Shown: positions 27,949 to 39,151, counted from the stretch's first letter. The stretch is DNA of 64,000 nucleotides from Patescibacteria group bacterium UBA7435 (GCA_002477545.1 DLQJ01000016.1:24528-88527); one strand, 5' to 3'. A program made the numbers and translations. The notes: generated from the letters alone by a model not told the origin.

Positions 27949-29748
27949 TTATTCTTGCAAAAACCCTCCTGCTTGATGCTCCCACAATCGCTGATATGTT
28001 CCACCTGACTGAGTCAACTCGTCATGTGAACCATCCTCTACAATCTTCCCTGTTTCCAATACTAGAATTCTGTCCATTTTACGAAGTGTTGAAAGTCGGT
28101 GTGCTACGGCAATCACGGTCTTTCCTTCCATAAGAATTTCTAGTGCTTTCTGGATCTCAACCTCACTCTCACTATCAAGTGCAGAAGTAGCTTCATCAAG
28201 TACTAAGATCGGTGCATCTTTAAGCATCGCGCGCGCGATAGCTACTCGTTGCTTCTGTCCACCAGAAAGCTTAATGCCTCGTTCCCCTACTAACGTATCG
28301 TATCCAGTCTCTAGCTGCATGATGAAATCGTGAGCCTGTGCTTTTTGTGCAACTGCGATAATTTCCTCATCAGTAGCATCAGGTTTTCCATATGCGATAT
28401 TTTCACGAATCGTTCGGTGGAACAATAATGGCTCTTGTGGAACTACTGCAATATTTTCACGTAATGAATCTTGGGTTACTTGTGAAATATTCTGTCCATC
28501 AATCAAAATGTCTCCACTATCAATATCGTGTTGTCGCAGTAAGAGGGAAACGAACGTCGTCTTCCCTGCTCCTGAAGGACCTACCAAACCAATTCGCTGT
28601 CCTGGTTTAATGCTAAGCTCGAAGTTATCAAAAACGGCATTGGTTCCATACTCAAACTGAACCTTATTCCAAGAAATTGCACCCTTTGCAACCACTAAAT
28701 CTGACGCATTTGAAACATCCTTAATTTCCCGATCGACTAATATTTCACGTAAGCCTTCTTCCACATTCCCATATTCTCGAATAAATCGATTCATCGCATG
28801 ACCAATAGTCACAAACATATACGCAATTCGTCCGAGTAAACCAAGGACTAACACGAGTGTGCCTGCAGTCATTGAGCCTTGTGCAAGAAGTGCGTACAGC
28901 AATACCAGTACAACTCCAATCATTATGATAGCGAAGCAGGTGTTAGCGAGCATTATTAATTCACCAAACATTGATTGCTTCATATCTTTATGTGCTCGGT
29001 CAGTGAAGACAGATCCAAGGCGATGTAACTCGAAGCGACGTTGCGAGAATTGTCGAACTGCTGAAATGTTAGTGATGGTGTCCACCCCTTCTCCTCGAGA
29101 TTTCGAAGCGGCGGTAGCATACGAAACCACCAACGGTCGACGTTTTTTAACCGCAATAATGTTGAACACAAGCACTCCCAAGAAAATACTCAGCAAGATA
29201 AATCCGATACGGAAATCAATCGTGAAGAATAACAACAAGGTTACTGTTAAACCAATAGATTCTGAGAAAAAGGTCCACAACAACTGGAACATTAATCCTG
29301 CACTGCTATCAACTGCATTTGAAACCTTATTTGAAAGTGCACCTGCGAAACGATTACTGAAGTAATTATGACTATGAGTAGTTAAATAATCATAAAGTTT
29401 AGAGTATCCGTCTTTATGAAACTTAATGATCCAACGTATTGCAGTAAACCCACTTAATCGATACAAAAGACCGTTACCAGCTGAAACCAGCAAGAACAAT
29501 CCTCCCCATAGATATAGAACTTCTTTTTGCTCCGCCAGTGACTCTGCAAGTGTAAAATTATCAACAAGTTTTGCTGAAACATAAAAGATCATTATGTTTA
29601 ATGTTTCTGCGGCAATAACAAGAGAGAACGATACCAGACCAAGAAATTTATACTTACTCCCCAAATACCACAAAAACCGTAGCGGTGTATTAGGAATACT
29701 TCCCGTATATGGCGCTTTTATAGCGCTCTGTTGTTTTGCAGTATTCAT
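27949..29748 (-). CDS. ABC exporter, fused permease/ATPase
   Basis: About 6 TMs; GPSGAGKT, LSGGQKQR, LDEATSALD. Confidence 0.95.
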   Translation of the reverse strand: MNTAKQQSAIKAPYTGSIPNTPLRFLWYLGSKYKFLGLVSFSLVIAAETLNIMIFYVSAKLVDNFTLAESLAEQKEVLYLWGGLFLLVSAGNGLLYRLSGFTAIRWIIKFHKDGYSKLYDYLTTHSHNYFSNRFAGALSNKVSNAVDSSAGLMFQLLWTFFSESIGLTVTLLLFFTIDFRIGFILLSIFLGVLVFNIIAVKKRRPLVVSYATAASKSRGEGVDTITNISAVRQFSQRRFELHRLGSVFTDRAHKDMKQSMFGELIMLANTCFAIIMIGVVLVLLYALLAQGSMTAGTLVLVLGLLGRIAYMFVTIGHAMNRFIREYGNVEEGLREILVDREIKDVSNASDLVVAKGAISWNKVQFEYGTNAVFDNFELSIKPGQRIGLVGPSGAGKTTFVSLLLRQHDIDSGDILIDGQNISQVTQDSLRENIAVVPQEPLLFHRTIRENIAYGKPDATDEEIIAVAQKAQAHDFIMQLETGYDTLVGERGIKLSGGQKQRVAIARAMLKDAPILVLDEATSALDSESEVEIQKALEILMEGKTVIAVAHRLSTLRKMDRILVLETGKIVEDGSHDELTQSGGTYQRLWEHQAGGFLQE

Positions 29749-29922
29749 ATTGTAAAAACTCTACCTTCGATACCTGTCACCCTGGAGAAAGCGTCGTAAG
29801 TATTTTATGACGTTTATACGGCTGGAATCTTACAATCGAGTGTCATGAGTAAAATGGAAGCTTGCTTACATTTTTGAATAAACGATGATTGCACAAACGT
29901 TGATTTCGTGTGTCTACACAAA

Positions 29923-30519
29923 TCAACGTTTGTCCTGTTGTGCAGACACAACTTCTCCAGAAACACGTCTAATTTCTTCCTCAGAAATATCTCCTTCTCG
30001 CAAAATTGTAACCGTATCGTCAATAATTCGCACAATGGTGGAGGCCAGAGCTTTACGTGGACCATCATCATAAATTTTTTCTATTCTCTGGGCCTTTTCT
30101 CCAAATTGCTGAAGTATTTCCCCAGGAGTTGAGAAGGTTGGTGCTCCATGCACATTGGCACTTGTGCATGTGAGAGGTGCATCATTCTCTTCCATAAAAG
30201 CTTCTATAATTTTTTGAGTAAGTGGGTCTGAAGAAATACGAAAACTAATTTCATTCTCCGTTCCTCGCCGAAAGTCAGGGACTTTATCATTAGCATTCAA
30301 AATCAACGTCAATGATCCCGGTAAAAATTTCTCAATTATTTTTTCTGCTTTAGAAGGAACGTGAGCATACTTCTTAAGATCTTCCACATCACGAACAAGC
30401 CAACTAGAATGCTGTAACATATCTCTACCTTTCAAAGCAAAGAGTTGCTCAACAGCAGCTTCATCAAGCGCATTAACGCCCAGCGCATACAGAGTTTCAG
30501 TTGGGTAGAGAATAATCAT
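29923..30519 (-). CDS. tsaC: L-threonylcarbamoyladenylate synthase (Sua5/YrdC)
   Basis: YPTETLYAL, LKGR, TSANVHG, ILREG. Confidence 0.9.
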   Translation of the reverse strand: MIILYPTETLYALGVNALDEAAVEQLFALKGRDMLQHSSWLVRDVEDLKKYAHVPSKAEKIIEKFLPGSLTLILNANDKVPDFRRGTENEISFRISSDPLTQKIIEAFMEENDAPLTCTSANVHGAPTFSTPGEILQQFGEKAQRIEKIYDDGPRKALASTIVRIIDDTVTILREGDISEEEIRRVSGEVVSAQQDKR

Positions 30520-30592
30520 TTTTTTAGTATATACCCAAGTTCCTCTAAAATAAAATCTATCCCGTGATAAATAGATACTGTATGATGTAGTT

Positions 30593-31480
30593 ATGAATCC
30601 CGAACGAGCAGCAATGAAAACCATCGACCGAGAAAATCGGGGTGATCACATAAAAGCAACTGCTGAAAAACTTCTTCCTTTACATCCACAAATTGAAAGG
30701 ATTATGAAAAAAATTGCAGTCAAGCCTGAAGACTTTAGTTCTCCTTTTGATGATGAGATGATCGCTGATGATCGAAGACATGTGGAAAAAATGAAGAAGA
30801 AAATTAGGGAACATGATAAAAATCCAGGAGCTGGCGGGTTAACCTTTGGTGAGGTTAGTAAACTTGCTGAAGTGCTTGAGTACCAAGTCATTAAGGGTAT
30901 TAACGTCGGGAAGTGGCTACCATACTGCAAGGCCATTAAAACTTCTGAATACGACGATATCATTAACGGGATAGATCTTGTTGTAGCTTTTACTAAAGGA
31001 GAAAAATCTGACCACCTAGGTATTGGTGTGGATATATCCTTTTCACAAAATCTCAAGGGTAAGTTCCAAAGAATAAAAGACGAAATTGATCAATACGACG
31101 CAGAAGATAACCACCTAGGTACAGTACGGTACTTCCCCTCTGCACAAACAGGTGAACGTAGCCCACTTTTAGACGTCCCTAGAGTTGTAGCCGCACTAGA
31201 CCTCGGTGTAATGGAGGATCTCGCGCGTGTAAAAGACGGAGGTCCTGGACACATAGCACAACATGCAATCATTACTGAAATGGAACGACAACTATCTGTT
31301 TTTGCAGACTACGCCCAGAAGAAAAATCCACTATGTCTCGACCAAATTATGCGTGCGCAAAACTTTGTACATCTCATAAGTCAGCATTTACAATCCGAAG
31401 AGCAGTTACAAAGCTCTGAGTATGGCAAGAACATAAAAATCCAAGAGGCTATCGAAGATGGACTTTCTCTCTTTAGATAG
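30593..31480 (+). CDS. Hypothetical protein with possible PD-(D/E)xK-like motif
   Basis: Long ORF; TSEYDDIINGIDLVV...IGVDIS. Confidence 0.65.
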   Translation: MNPERAAMKTIDRENRGDHIKATAEKLLPLHPQIERIMKKIAVKPEDFSSPFDDEMIADDRRHVEKMKKKIREHDKNPGAGGLTFGEVSKLAEVLEYQVIKGINVGKWLPYCKAIKTSEYDDIINGIDLVVAFTKGEKSDHLGIGVDISFSQNLKGKFQRIKDEIDQYDAEDNHLGTVRYFPSAQTGERSPLLDVPRVVAALDLGVMEDLARVKDGGPGHIAQHAIITEMERQLSVFADYAQKKNPLCLDQIMRAQNFVHLISQHLQSEEQLQSSEYGKNIKIQEAIEDGLSLFR

Positions 31481-31527
31481 ATATTTAAAACGATTTCGGT
31501 ATACTGTTACTCAAATAAACATTGTGT

Positions 31528-31600
31528 GTCCGGTTAGCTCAGCTGGTAGAGCGCCACATTGACATTGTGGAGGTCACAAGTTCAAGTCTTGTACCGGACA
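31528..31600 (+). tRNA. tRNA-Val(GAC)
   Basis: Anticodon arm CCACA-TTGACAT-TGTGG; acceptor GTCCGGT/ACCGGAC. Confidence 0.95.
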
Positions 31601-31622
31601 CATAGTATTTATTTACATCATT

Positions 31623-32480
31623 ATGGAAACACTCAAAAACACAGTCGTCATCTACCACGCGGATTGCCGTGATGGTTTTGGTAGTGCGTACGCAGCGTGG
31701 AAAAAGTTTGGTGAGGACGCATCGTATATCCCCCAGAAGACTGGGAGCGAGACTCCTCCTGAGGGACTTATCGACAAAGAGGTCTATATCCTTGATTACT
31801 CATACTCTAAGGAGACACTGCAATTACTTCTAGACACCAACAAGTCAGTAATAGTTATTGATCATCACAAGACCGCAAAGGAAGCGGTTGAGAGTTTTGA
31901 AAATAATATCTTTGATAACGATCACTCTGGTGCGGTACTCTCATGGAAATATTTCCATCCTGATACTGAAGTACCTCCCCTCTTAGAATATGTAGAAGAT
32001 CACGATCTGTGGCGATTTGCTCTGCCTGAAAATCGAGAGTACAACGTCGCCCTTGGACAATACGACGTAACGTTTACAGCATGGGATGCGCTTATTGACG
32101 AACTTAAAGATAACGACAAGCTCATCAACTTTATTGCAAAGGGTGCGCTCTTAGCTAAATTTGAAGATCGCCTTGTTTCAAAATTGATGCAATACAAAGA
32201 ACGGGTGCTTTTTGAAGGTCATGAGGTCTGGGCGATCAATGCATCACGTATCTATCGTTCTATTCTTGGTAATCAACTAGCTGAACTTAACCTTGTGGAA
32301 GAACAAACACCAATAGGTATCGTGTACTATCACAACAATGGTGCTGTAAGTATCTCACTACGAAGCATCGGAGAAACAGATGTTTCAGAAATTGCTCAGA
32401 AATACGGAGGTGGTGGACATAAGAATGCTGCAAGTATCAAAGCAAATTCATTTGAAGATCTGCCGTTTACTTTTATATAA
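31623..32480 (+). CDS. DHH/DHHA1 family phosphoesterase
   Basis: YHADCRDG, IDHH, SLRS, GGGGH. Confidence 0.92.
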   Translation: METLKNTVVIYHADCRDGFGSAYAAWKKFGEDASYIPQKTGSETPPEGLIDKEVYILDYSYSKETLQLLLDTNKSVIVIDHHKTAKEAVESFENNIFDNDHSGAVLSWKYFHPDTEVPPLLEYVEDHDLWRFALPENREYNVALGQYDVTFTAWDALIDELKDNDKLINFIAKGALLAKFEDRLVSKLMQYKERVLFEGHEVWAINASRIYRSILGNQLAELNLVEEQTPIGIVYYHNNGAVSISLRSIGETDVSEIAQKYGGGGHKNAASIKANSFEDLPFTFI

Positions 32481-32527
32481 AGCAGTGTAGATTAATATTA
32501 GACAGCAGAAAATGTAAGGAGAGACTC

Positions 32528-32818
32528 ATGTCAATGAATATTTTGCGAGCGGAACTAGTGGAAGCAGCCGCTGTGCGCACTAAAGTGTATTACCATGGCG
32601 CAAGCGATACACATATCGTGCAACAACTCGATGGTACTGAGTTTGGAAGTATGCCCATTAAGGGTTGTGGGAGTTTCGCTGACGATGCCTACCAAGACTA
32701 TCGCAGTAAAGTGTACAAAGCAGTTGAGGACATGAAGCTTGGTGAGATCGGAAAAATGACTGCAAAAATAGGTCGTATTGCACCTGAATGCCTCAACATG
32801 AAAGAAGTACCTGTATAA
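32528..32818 (+). CDS. Hypothetical protein
   Basis: AAGGAG upstream and a terminator-like hairpin downstream. Confidence 0.55.
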   Translation: MSMNILRAELVEAAAVRTKVYYHGASDTHIVQQLDGTEFGSMPIKGCGSFADDAYQDYRSKVYKAVEDMKLGEIGKMTAKIGRIAPECLNMKEVPV

Positions 32819-32876
32819 ACACAGAAAGAGCTACCAAATTGGTCGCTCTTTTTCCTTTTTTTGCTATAGTATCCTC

Positions 32877-34052
32877 ATGAATATCCTATCCATTGAAACA
32901 TCGTGTGACGAAACTGCGGTAAGCCTTGTGACGGCTGAAGGTGTGTTTCCTGAAGCTACCTACGAGGTTCTTGGTGACGCACTGCACTCCCAAGTAGATA
33001 TACATGCGACCTATGGAGGTGTGTTCCCTACTATGGCAAAGCGTGAACACATCAAGCGTATTGTTCCACTTATGGAACAAGCACTTGAGCAAGCTGAACT
33101 CCTCCACAAAAGTACCGAGGAAATTCCACAAAACCTGCAAGAAAAACTCTACGAAATTCTCTATCGTGAGGAAGGAGTTGCTGATGCGCTGATTGATTTT
33201 GCACAACGCCATGAACGTCCTGAGATTGATCTTATTGCAGTAACTTCAGGACCAGGCCTTGAACCAGCACTATGGGTTGGTGTTAACTTTGCGAAAGCTC
33301 TTTCAACCTTAATGAACATTCCGGTTGTTGCCGTTAATCACATGGAGGGTCATGTACTTGCATCACTCTTTGATGTTGAAGAAGATGACAAGATTGCACA
33401 AATTCCCTTCCCTGCTATTTCACTTCTTATCTCTGGAGGACATACGGAACTACTTTTAATGAAGAATTGGGGCGAGTACGAAAAAATTGGACAGACACGG
33501 GACGACGCGGTTGGTGAAGCATTTGATAAAGTCGCACGTATGATGGGACTGCCGTACCCAGGTGGACCGGAAATAAGTCGCTTAGCTGGTGAAGGTCGTT
33601 CGCGTGAACTTCCACCCTACGCAGAACTTCCACGACCAATGATTAACTCAGGAGACCTAGATTTCTCATTCTCAGGATTAAAAACAGCAGTGCTCTACGC
33701 AATTGATAGCAAGGAACTTTCTGAAGACGACACGCAGGCACTTGCACGCGACTTTGAAGATGCAGTGGTAGAAGTGCTCCTTAAGAAGACTGCTACAGCG
33801 TTTGACGAGCATGGTGCACAAACACTTATTGTGGGAGGTGGAGTAAGTGCTAGTCAATTCATCCGGCAGTCATTTAATAAATTCTTCCTAGAAAACTATC
33901 CTGATACAACCATATACTTCCCTAACCCCGGTCTTTCTACCGATAATTCGATAATGATCGCTCTTTCAGGGCATGCCAAAAGTATGAATGCATCAAATCC
34001 AGCGGCGGCGAGATTGATGAAGGCGGATGGCAACAAGAGTATTGACGAGTAA
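32877..34052 (+). CDS. tsaD: tRNA threonylcarbamoyltransferase TsaD
   Basis: IETSCDET, HMEGH, GEAFDKVAR, FSFSGLKTA, TDN. Confidence 0.97.
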   Translation: MNILSIETSCDETAVSLVTAEGVFPEATYEVLGDALHSQVDIHATYGGVFPTMAKREHIKRIVPLMEQALEQAELLHKSTEEIPQNLQEKLYEILYREEGVADALIDFAQRHERPEIDLIAVTSGPGLEPALWVGVNFAKALSTLMNIPVVAVNHMEGHVLASLFDVEEDDKIAQIPFPAISLLISGGHTELLLMKNWGEYEKIGQTRDDAVGEAFDKVARMMGLPYPGGPEISRLAGEGRSRELPPYAELPRPMINSGDLDFSFSGLKTAVLYAIDSKELSEDDTQALARDFEDAVVEVLLKKTATAFDEHGAQTLIVGGGVSASQFIRQSFNKFFLENYPDTTIYFPNPGLSTDNSIMIALSGHAKSMNASNPAAARLMKADGNKSIDE

Positions 34053-34159
34053 CATCTAGAGAAATCCTAAAGGTCTGAAAAGCTAAGCTTTTCAGACCTT
34101 TTTGGTCTTTAACAAGATAAAAAATCGTGCTACTATCGGTCTCTAACTAAAAGTAATCC

Positions 34160-36316
34160 ATGAACGAGCAAAACAACATTCCAGAGCTGTTTCTAAAACC
34201 ATACGACCCGGCAGAGCACGAGAAAAACATCTACAAAATATGGGAAGATTCTGGGTATTTTAATCCTGACAACCTTCCTGGAGAGCGCGATGAAGCGTTC
34301 ACTATTGTGATGCCTCCGCCAAATGCAAACGGTTCACTACATGCAGGTCATGGCCTGGTGTTCACTATTGAAGACACAATGATGCGGTTTGAACGTATGC
34401 GTGGGAAGAAAGCTCTCTGGCTCCCTGGTGCTGATCATGCTGGATTTGAAACACAGGTGGTATACGAAAAGAAACTCCAGAAAGAAGGTCGCTCACGATT
34501 CGGAATGGATCCTAAAGACCTCTATAACGAAATCATGGATTTCACGATGACAAACAAGACATTCATGGAGAATCAGATTCGTGAACTTGGAGCTTCATGC
34601 GACTGGTCACGCTCACTTTTTACTCTTGATGACCGAGTAATCAAAACGGTATACGATACATTTAAAAAACTTGAGGAAGATGAACTATTGTACCGAGGGG
34701 CACGTATTGTGAACTGGTGCCCGAAACATCAGACTTCCCTGTCAAACCTCGAAACAGAGCACGATGAACGAACATCGAAATTCTACTACTTCCAGTACGG
34801 ACCCTTTGTAATTGGTACAGCACGCCCTGAAACAAAGTTTGGTGATAAGTATGTGGTGATGCACCCAGAGGACGAGCGTTACGCAGAATACAAACACGGA
34901 CAAGAGATTGAACTTGAGTGGATCAATGGACCCATTACTGCAACAGTCATTAAGGATGAGGCCGGCGATCCTGAAATGGGATCGGGTGTGATGACTATTA
35001 CTCCGTGGCACTCTGGAGTCGACTTTGATATTGCAAAACGGCATGACCTCGATTACGAACAAATCATCGACTGGCGAGGGAAGCTCCTTCCTATTGCTGA
35101 TGAGTTTGAAGGGATGACGATCAAAGATGCCCGGGAGAAGATTGTTGAAAAACTTGATGAGAAAGGGCTGTTGGTAAAGATTGATGAGGAATACAAAAAC
35201 TCTGTCCCCTGCTGTTACAAATGCTCACGAGAAATCGAGCCACAGATTCGTGAGCAATGGTTTGTAAAAACAAAGCCACTTGCTGAAAAGGCGCTAGAAG
35301 CTGTTGTAAACAAAGAAGTGACATTTGTAAACGAACGCGACGAACGGGTGTTTAAACACTGGATGGAAAATATCGAAGATTGGAACATCTCACGACAAGT
35401 GGTTTGGGGTATTCCTATTCCTGCAAAGGTCTGCTCAGAATGTGGACATGGCCAGGTGGATCTTGAAGATACTATTACTACGTGTGAGAAATGTGAAGGA
35501 AAGATGGAGCAAGATCCTGACACGTTTGATACATGGTTCTCTTCTGGACAATGGCCATTAGCAACAACTGGATATCCTGATGGTGATGATTTTAAAGACT
35601 ACTACCCTACAAGCACCATGGAGACCGGGAAAGACATCATTTTCTTCTGGGTGGCACGTATGATCATGCTTGGTTTATACCGAACCGGTGAAGTACCGTT
35701 TAAGAAAGTGTACCTACACGGAATGGTACGCGACAAGAAGGGGCTTAAGATGAGTAAGTCTAAGGGAAACGTAACGGCACCGAGCGAAATTCAGGAACGA
35801 TTTGGTACTGATGCATTACGTATGGGGCTGTTGGTAAACAATGCTCCAGGAAACGACATGAACCTTGATCCCGATAAGATCAACGCATACAAAAAATTTG
35901 CAAATAAGATATGGAACATCACACGATTCACACTTGATGCAACAAGCGACATGGACGAGGACGCAACACTCAACGATGAAGACGCGCAGAATATCCAAGA
36001 ACACCTGATCGCACATGTAACTGAAATTACTAAGCAGATGAATGATGACCGGTTTGATATGGCCGCTGAGAATGTATATCACTTCGTGTGGGATTACTTC
36101 GCAAGTACACTTATTGAAGAATCAAAACCACTACTAGCTTCTGAAGATGCTGGTGTGCGTGCGTCACGACAACGACTTCTTACAGAATATCTCACAACAT
36201 CATTGAAGGTACTGCATCCGTTTATGCCATTTGTAACGGAAACAATCTGGCAAGAACTTCCGAAAGAAATGAAGGGGCAAGATATATTGATGGTTGAAAG
36301 TTGGCCCATTGTATAG
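34160..36316 (+). CDS. valS: Valine-tRNA ligase (compact, no C-terminal coiled coil)
   Basis: PPPNANGSLHAGH, DTFDTWFSS, KMSKS. Confidence 0.95.
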   Translation: MNEQNNIPELFLKPYDPAEHEKNIYKIWEDSGYFNPDNLPGERDEAFTIVMPPPNANGSLHAGHGLVFTIEDTMMRFERMRGKKALWLPGADHAGFETQVVYEKKLQKEGRSRFGMDPKDLYNEIMDFTMTNKTFMENQIRELGASCDWSRSLFTLDDRVIKTVYDTFKKLEEDELLYRGARIVNWCPKHQTSLSNLETEHDERTSKFYYFQYGPFVIGTARPETKFGDKYVVMHPEDERYAEYKHGQEIELEWINGPITATVIKDEAGDPEMGSGVMTITPWHSGVDFDIAKRHDLDYEQIIDWRGKLLPIADEFEGMTIKDAREKIVEKLDEKGLLVKIDEEYKNSVPCCYKCSREIEPQIREQWFVKTKPLAEKALEAVVNKEVTFVNERDERVFKHWMENIEDWNISRQVVWGIPIPAKVCSECGHGQVDLEDTITTCEKCEGKMEQDPDTFDTWFSSGQWPLATTGYPDGDDFKDYYPTSTMETGKDIIFFWVARMIMLGLYRTGEVPFKKVYLHGMVRDKKGLKMSKSKGNVTAPSEIQERFGTDALRMGLLVNNAPGNDMNLDPDKINAYKKFANKIWNITRFTLDATSDMDEDATLNDEDAQNIQEHLIAHVTEITKQMNDDRFDMAAENVYHFVWDYFASTLIEESKPLLASEDAGVRASRQRLLTEYLTTSLKVLHPFMPFVTETIWQELPKEMKGQDILMVESWPIV

Positions 36317-36430
36317 AAATAATATTTGAAGTGCTAAAAGACTCTTGTGGTATCAAGAGTCTTTTATTTGACCCAGTTACTCATATATCGTATCTTAAGG
36401 ATAGAAGTCAAGTATTATAGGGGTAAGAAA

Positions 36431-36706
36431 ATGACTCTAGCAGTGAAAATTCTAAATATTTTTCCAGGTGGCCGAGTAGAGTACAAAATAGGTAGCGGCA
36501 GATACAACGACGGCCGACATAAAGGTGAGCGAAAATTTATGGAACATTCATCTTTCGGCAAGCTTGAGCTGAGTAGCGGTGTTTCAGAAACAAATCTGGC
36601 CACACTACAACCCGACTCGGGAACACCATCGTACCAACTAAAAGAAACACCCGCAGAAATTGACGATATGGTTGGAAAAATATATATACACGTACCGAAC
36701 GTGTAA
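36431..36706 (+). CDS. Hypothetical protein
   Basis: Short ORF with a plausible ATG downstream of TATTAT. Confidence 0.5.
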   Translation: MTLAVKILNIFPGGRVEYKIGSGRYNDGRHKGERKFMEHSSFGKLELSSGVSETNLATLQPDSGTPSYQLKETPAEIDDMVGKIYIHVPNV

Positions 36707-36809
36707 CATTCTCTAAAGGGCGCATCAAACGATGTGCCTTTTATTTTGTACTTGTTTTTGCGATACATCTTTGATACGGTACCTTACAGAAACAACAAAG
36801 GATGAGGGC

Positions 36810-37082
36810 ATGGGAAGTCCTACTAATACCGACATTGATTTATATGAAGTAAGTAGTTCAGCAGAAACTCTCTGGGGGCACACAGCAAGTGGGGAGGAAG
36901 TGTTAATCAGCGGGACACTGCTGTATGGTGATTCGGATTCTGTGTTCAAAGGAAGTGTAACCAAAGGACCAAAGGAGCTTCTGCTATTAATTTGCAAAGC
37001 ACACATCGATGATACTCAAGCGCGCGTAATTCTCACACCACCAAAAATAACTGGGGACCTTGGACATTTGTTTAGCGGGTAA
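36810..37082 (+). CDS. Hypothetical protein
   Basis: Short ORF with a purine-rich upstream region. Confidence 0.45.
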   Translation: MGSPTNTDIDLYEVSSSAETLWGHTASGEEVLISGTLLYGDSDSVFKGSVTKGPKELLLLICKAHIDDTQARVILTPPKITGDLGHLFSG

Positions 37083-37143
37083 ACCCACACCAACCAAAGC
37101 GCGGCATAATTTGTCGCGCTTTGTACTGGTATACTTAAGCAAC

Positions 37144-37854
37144 ATGGAATCAACGCAATTTGCGATAGCTTTTTTAGGTGGACTTATACCTGCTCTTTTC
37201 TGGCTATGGTTTTGGTTGCGCGAGGACAAAGAACGACCTGAGCCATATCTCTTAATCGCACTAGCATTTATCGGTGGAATGATGGTTGTGCCATTAGCCC
37301 TTCCCTTACAACGCCTGGCAATAGAAATCTATTCTGGAGATAATTTAATATTTGCATGGGTTATCATTGAAGAAGTACTCAAATACGCTGCTGCATTAGT
37401 TATCATTCTATGGAACAAAGCAGTAGACGAGCCTATTGATCTTATTATCTACATGGTCACTATCGCACTTGGGTTTGCAGCACTTGAGAATGCATTATTT
37501 ATATTTGATCCGATTGTTGCAGGCGACGCAGTGAAGACCTTAACTACTGGAAAACTTCGATTTTTAGGTGCAACATTACTACATGTATTGGCCTCAGGTA
37601 CCGTTGGAGCATTTTTAGCGCTTGCGTATTACAAGAGCAACCGTATGAAACTCGCATTTGGAACTCTTGGGTTGTTCATTGCTATCGTGTTGCATGCTTT
37701 GTTTAACTTTTTTATAATGGACTCAAGCGGAGAAACTATTTTAGGCGTCTTCCTATTTGTTTGGATGGGCATAATTGTCCTCCTTCTTCTCTTTGAAAAG
37801 GTTAAACTAATAGAAGCACGTCATAACCCAGCACATCAATACACATCATTATGA
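37144..37854 (+). CDS. PrsW family intramembrane protease
   Basis: EPY, EEVLK, GFAALEN, LHVL, LHALFN. Confidence 0.92.
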   Translation: MESTQFAIAFLGGLIPALFWLWFWLREDKERPEPYLLIALAFIGGMMVVPLALPLQRLAIEIYSGDNLIFAWVIIEEVLKYAAALVIILWNKAVDEPIDLIIYMVTIALGFAALENALFIFDPIVAGDAVKTLTTGKLRFLGATLLHVLASGTVGAFLALAYYKSNRMKLAFGTLGLFIAIVLHALFNFFIMDSSGETILGVFLFVWMGIIVLLLLFEKVKLIEARHNPAHQYTSL

Positions 37855-38369
37855 AAAAATTATCATTCCTAGAACGACTCACTGGCTCCGTCACCAACGG
37901 CGAGCAGTATGACGATGTTCTGGACGAAGAACATGAATTTGGTGAAGATGATGAAGTTTCAGTCAAGCACTACGAAGACGATGATTCAGAATTTCATGGA
38001 CAAGAAGACGAACCTGTTGAGGAAGTACAGGAGGGTGAACTACCTGTAGATATGTATCACACAGGTGACGCAGTGGTCATTCGAGCACTTGTTGCTGGAG
38101 TGTCTCCTGATGATTTAGATATTGCTATTACACGTGACATGGTGACCATTAAAGGTATTCGTGAAGAGTACCAAGAAGCAACTAATGATGACTACTATCA
38201 TCGAGAGTTATTCTGGGGTTCATTTACCCGAACACTTCTCCTCCCAGAGGAGGTATTGATTGATGAAGCAGATGCCCAAGAAAAGCATGGTCTGCTTGAA
38301 ATTCGATTGCCTAAGGTAGACAAAGATCGAAGTACTCGCTTGAAGGTAAAGACAAAAATTTCAAAATAA
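37851..38369 (+). CDS. Hsp20/alpha-crystallin small heat-shock protein
   Basis: ELFWGSFTRTLLLP, GLLEIRLPK. Confidence 0.93.
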   Translation: MKKLSFLERLTGSVTNGEQYDDVLDEEHEFGEDDEVSVKHYEDDDSEFHGQEDEPVEEVQEGELPVDMYHTGDAVVIRALVAGVSPDDLDIAITRDMVTIKGIREEYQEATNDDYYHRELFWGSFTRTLLLPEEVLIDEADAQEKHGLLEIRLPKVDKDRSTRLKVKTKISK

Positions 38370-38410
38370 AGAAAAGACCGATTCTTTGAATCGGTCTTTT
38401 GTTTTATGGG

Positions 38411-38698
38411 TCATAGCCCAATGCTCACTTCTGTTTTCAATCCCCCACTGACACCCTTAAAGTGTAGTTGTGGACCAAGGATGTCAGTCCTTGTACTAAA
38501 TACACCTTCAACTAGTATGTTTCTCTTGTAGTTTTCAGTGAGTGCAGTCACTTTCTCCTCAGTGGTTAGTCCTGTCCGATTTGCATATACCTGCATAGTT
38601 TCGGTCAGGGCCTGTGTGACCACATTTAGGTCAAGTGATGTTTTTGGTGTAGTCATCAGCATAAGCTGTACTCCTTTTGCAAGAACATTCTGAGTCAC
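38411..38698 (-). CDS. Hypothetical protein
   Basis: ORF only; start codon uncertain. Confidence 0.4.
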   Translation of the reverse strand: MTQNVLAKGVQLMLMTTPKTSLDLNVVTQALTETMQVYANRTGLTTEEKVTALTENYKRNILVEGVFSTRTDILGPQLHFKGVSGGLKTEVSIGL

Positions 38699-38895
38699 AA
38701 ATTTTACAAATAAAATCCGCCTCAGAGGGCGGATTTTAAATAGAATGGGAGTTTGTTAACAAATACTTAAAAGACGCCTTACAGTGCGGATTTAAGCGTA
38801 CAGGATGTGAAGCTGCTCCAAGTTTGGATTGTGTGGGTGAGTTTCATTGAGTTTATTATACTTTGTGGTGGGTTGATGTCTAGTGGGTTATTCAC

Positions 38896-39151
38896 GGGGC
38901 GGGCTCGTCCTGACGGTCACAAATTCGCTTACGCTCATAAGTAACTACGGGCTCGGTCACGAATCACTAAGTATAATTTCTACTTCGTAAAAATTCTACT
39001 AAGTGTTCGCTACCCCGGCTCATCAGTCGTGCTCGCTTCGCTGTGCGCAACATGGTTCCGCCTTTCAAGCCCGCACGTAACTGGCCTGAGCCAGTTACTC
39101 CCCAAGCACCACATATACAAAAGACCACCCTAGGGTGGTCTTTTGTATATG
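38896..39151 (-). repeat. tRNA-Phe tail element (modules C and B)
   Basis: 64-bp perfect palindrome 39100-39163, split antisense copy, sense copy at 38896-38907. Confidence 0.88.

Noticed and set aside
29814-29846. 10-codon ORF upstream of the ABC exporter as a leader peptide
   Set aside because: No clear attenuator structure or regulatory codon bias.
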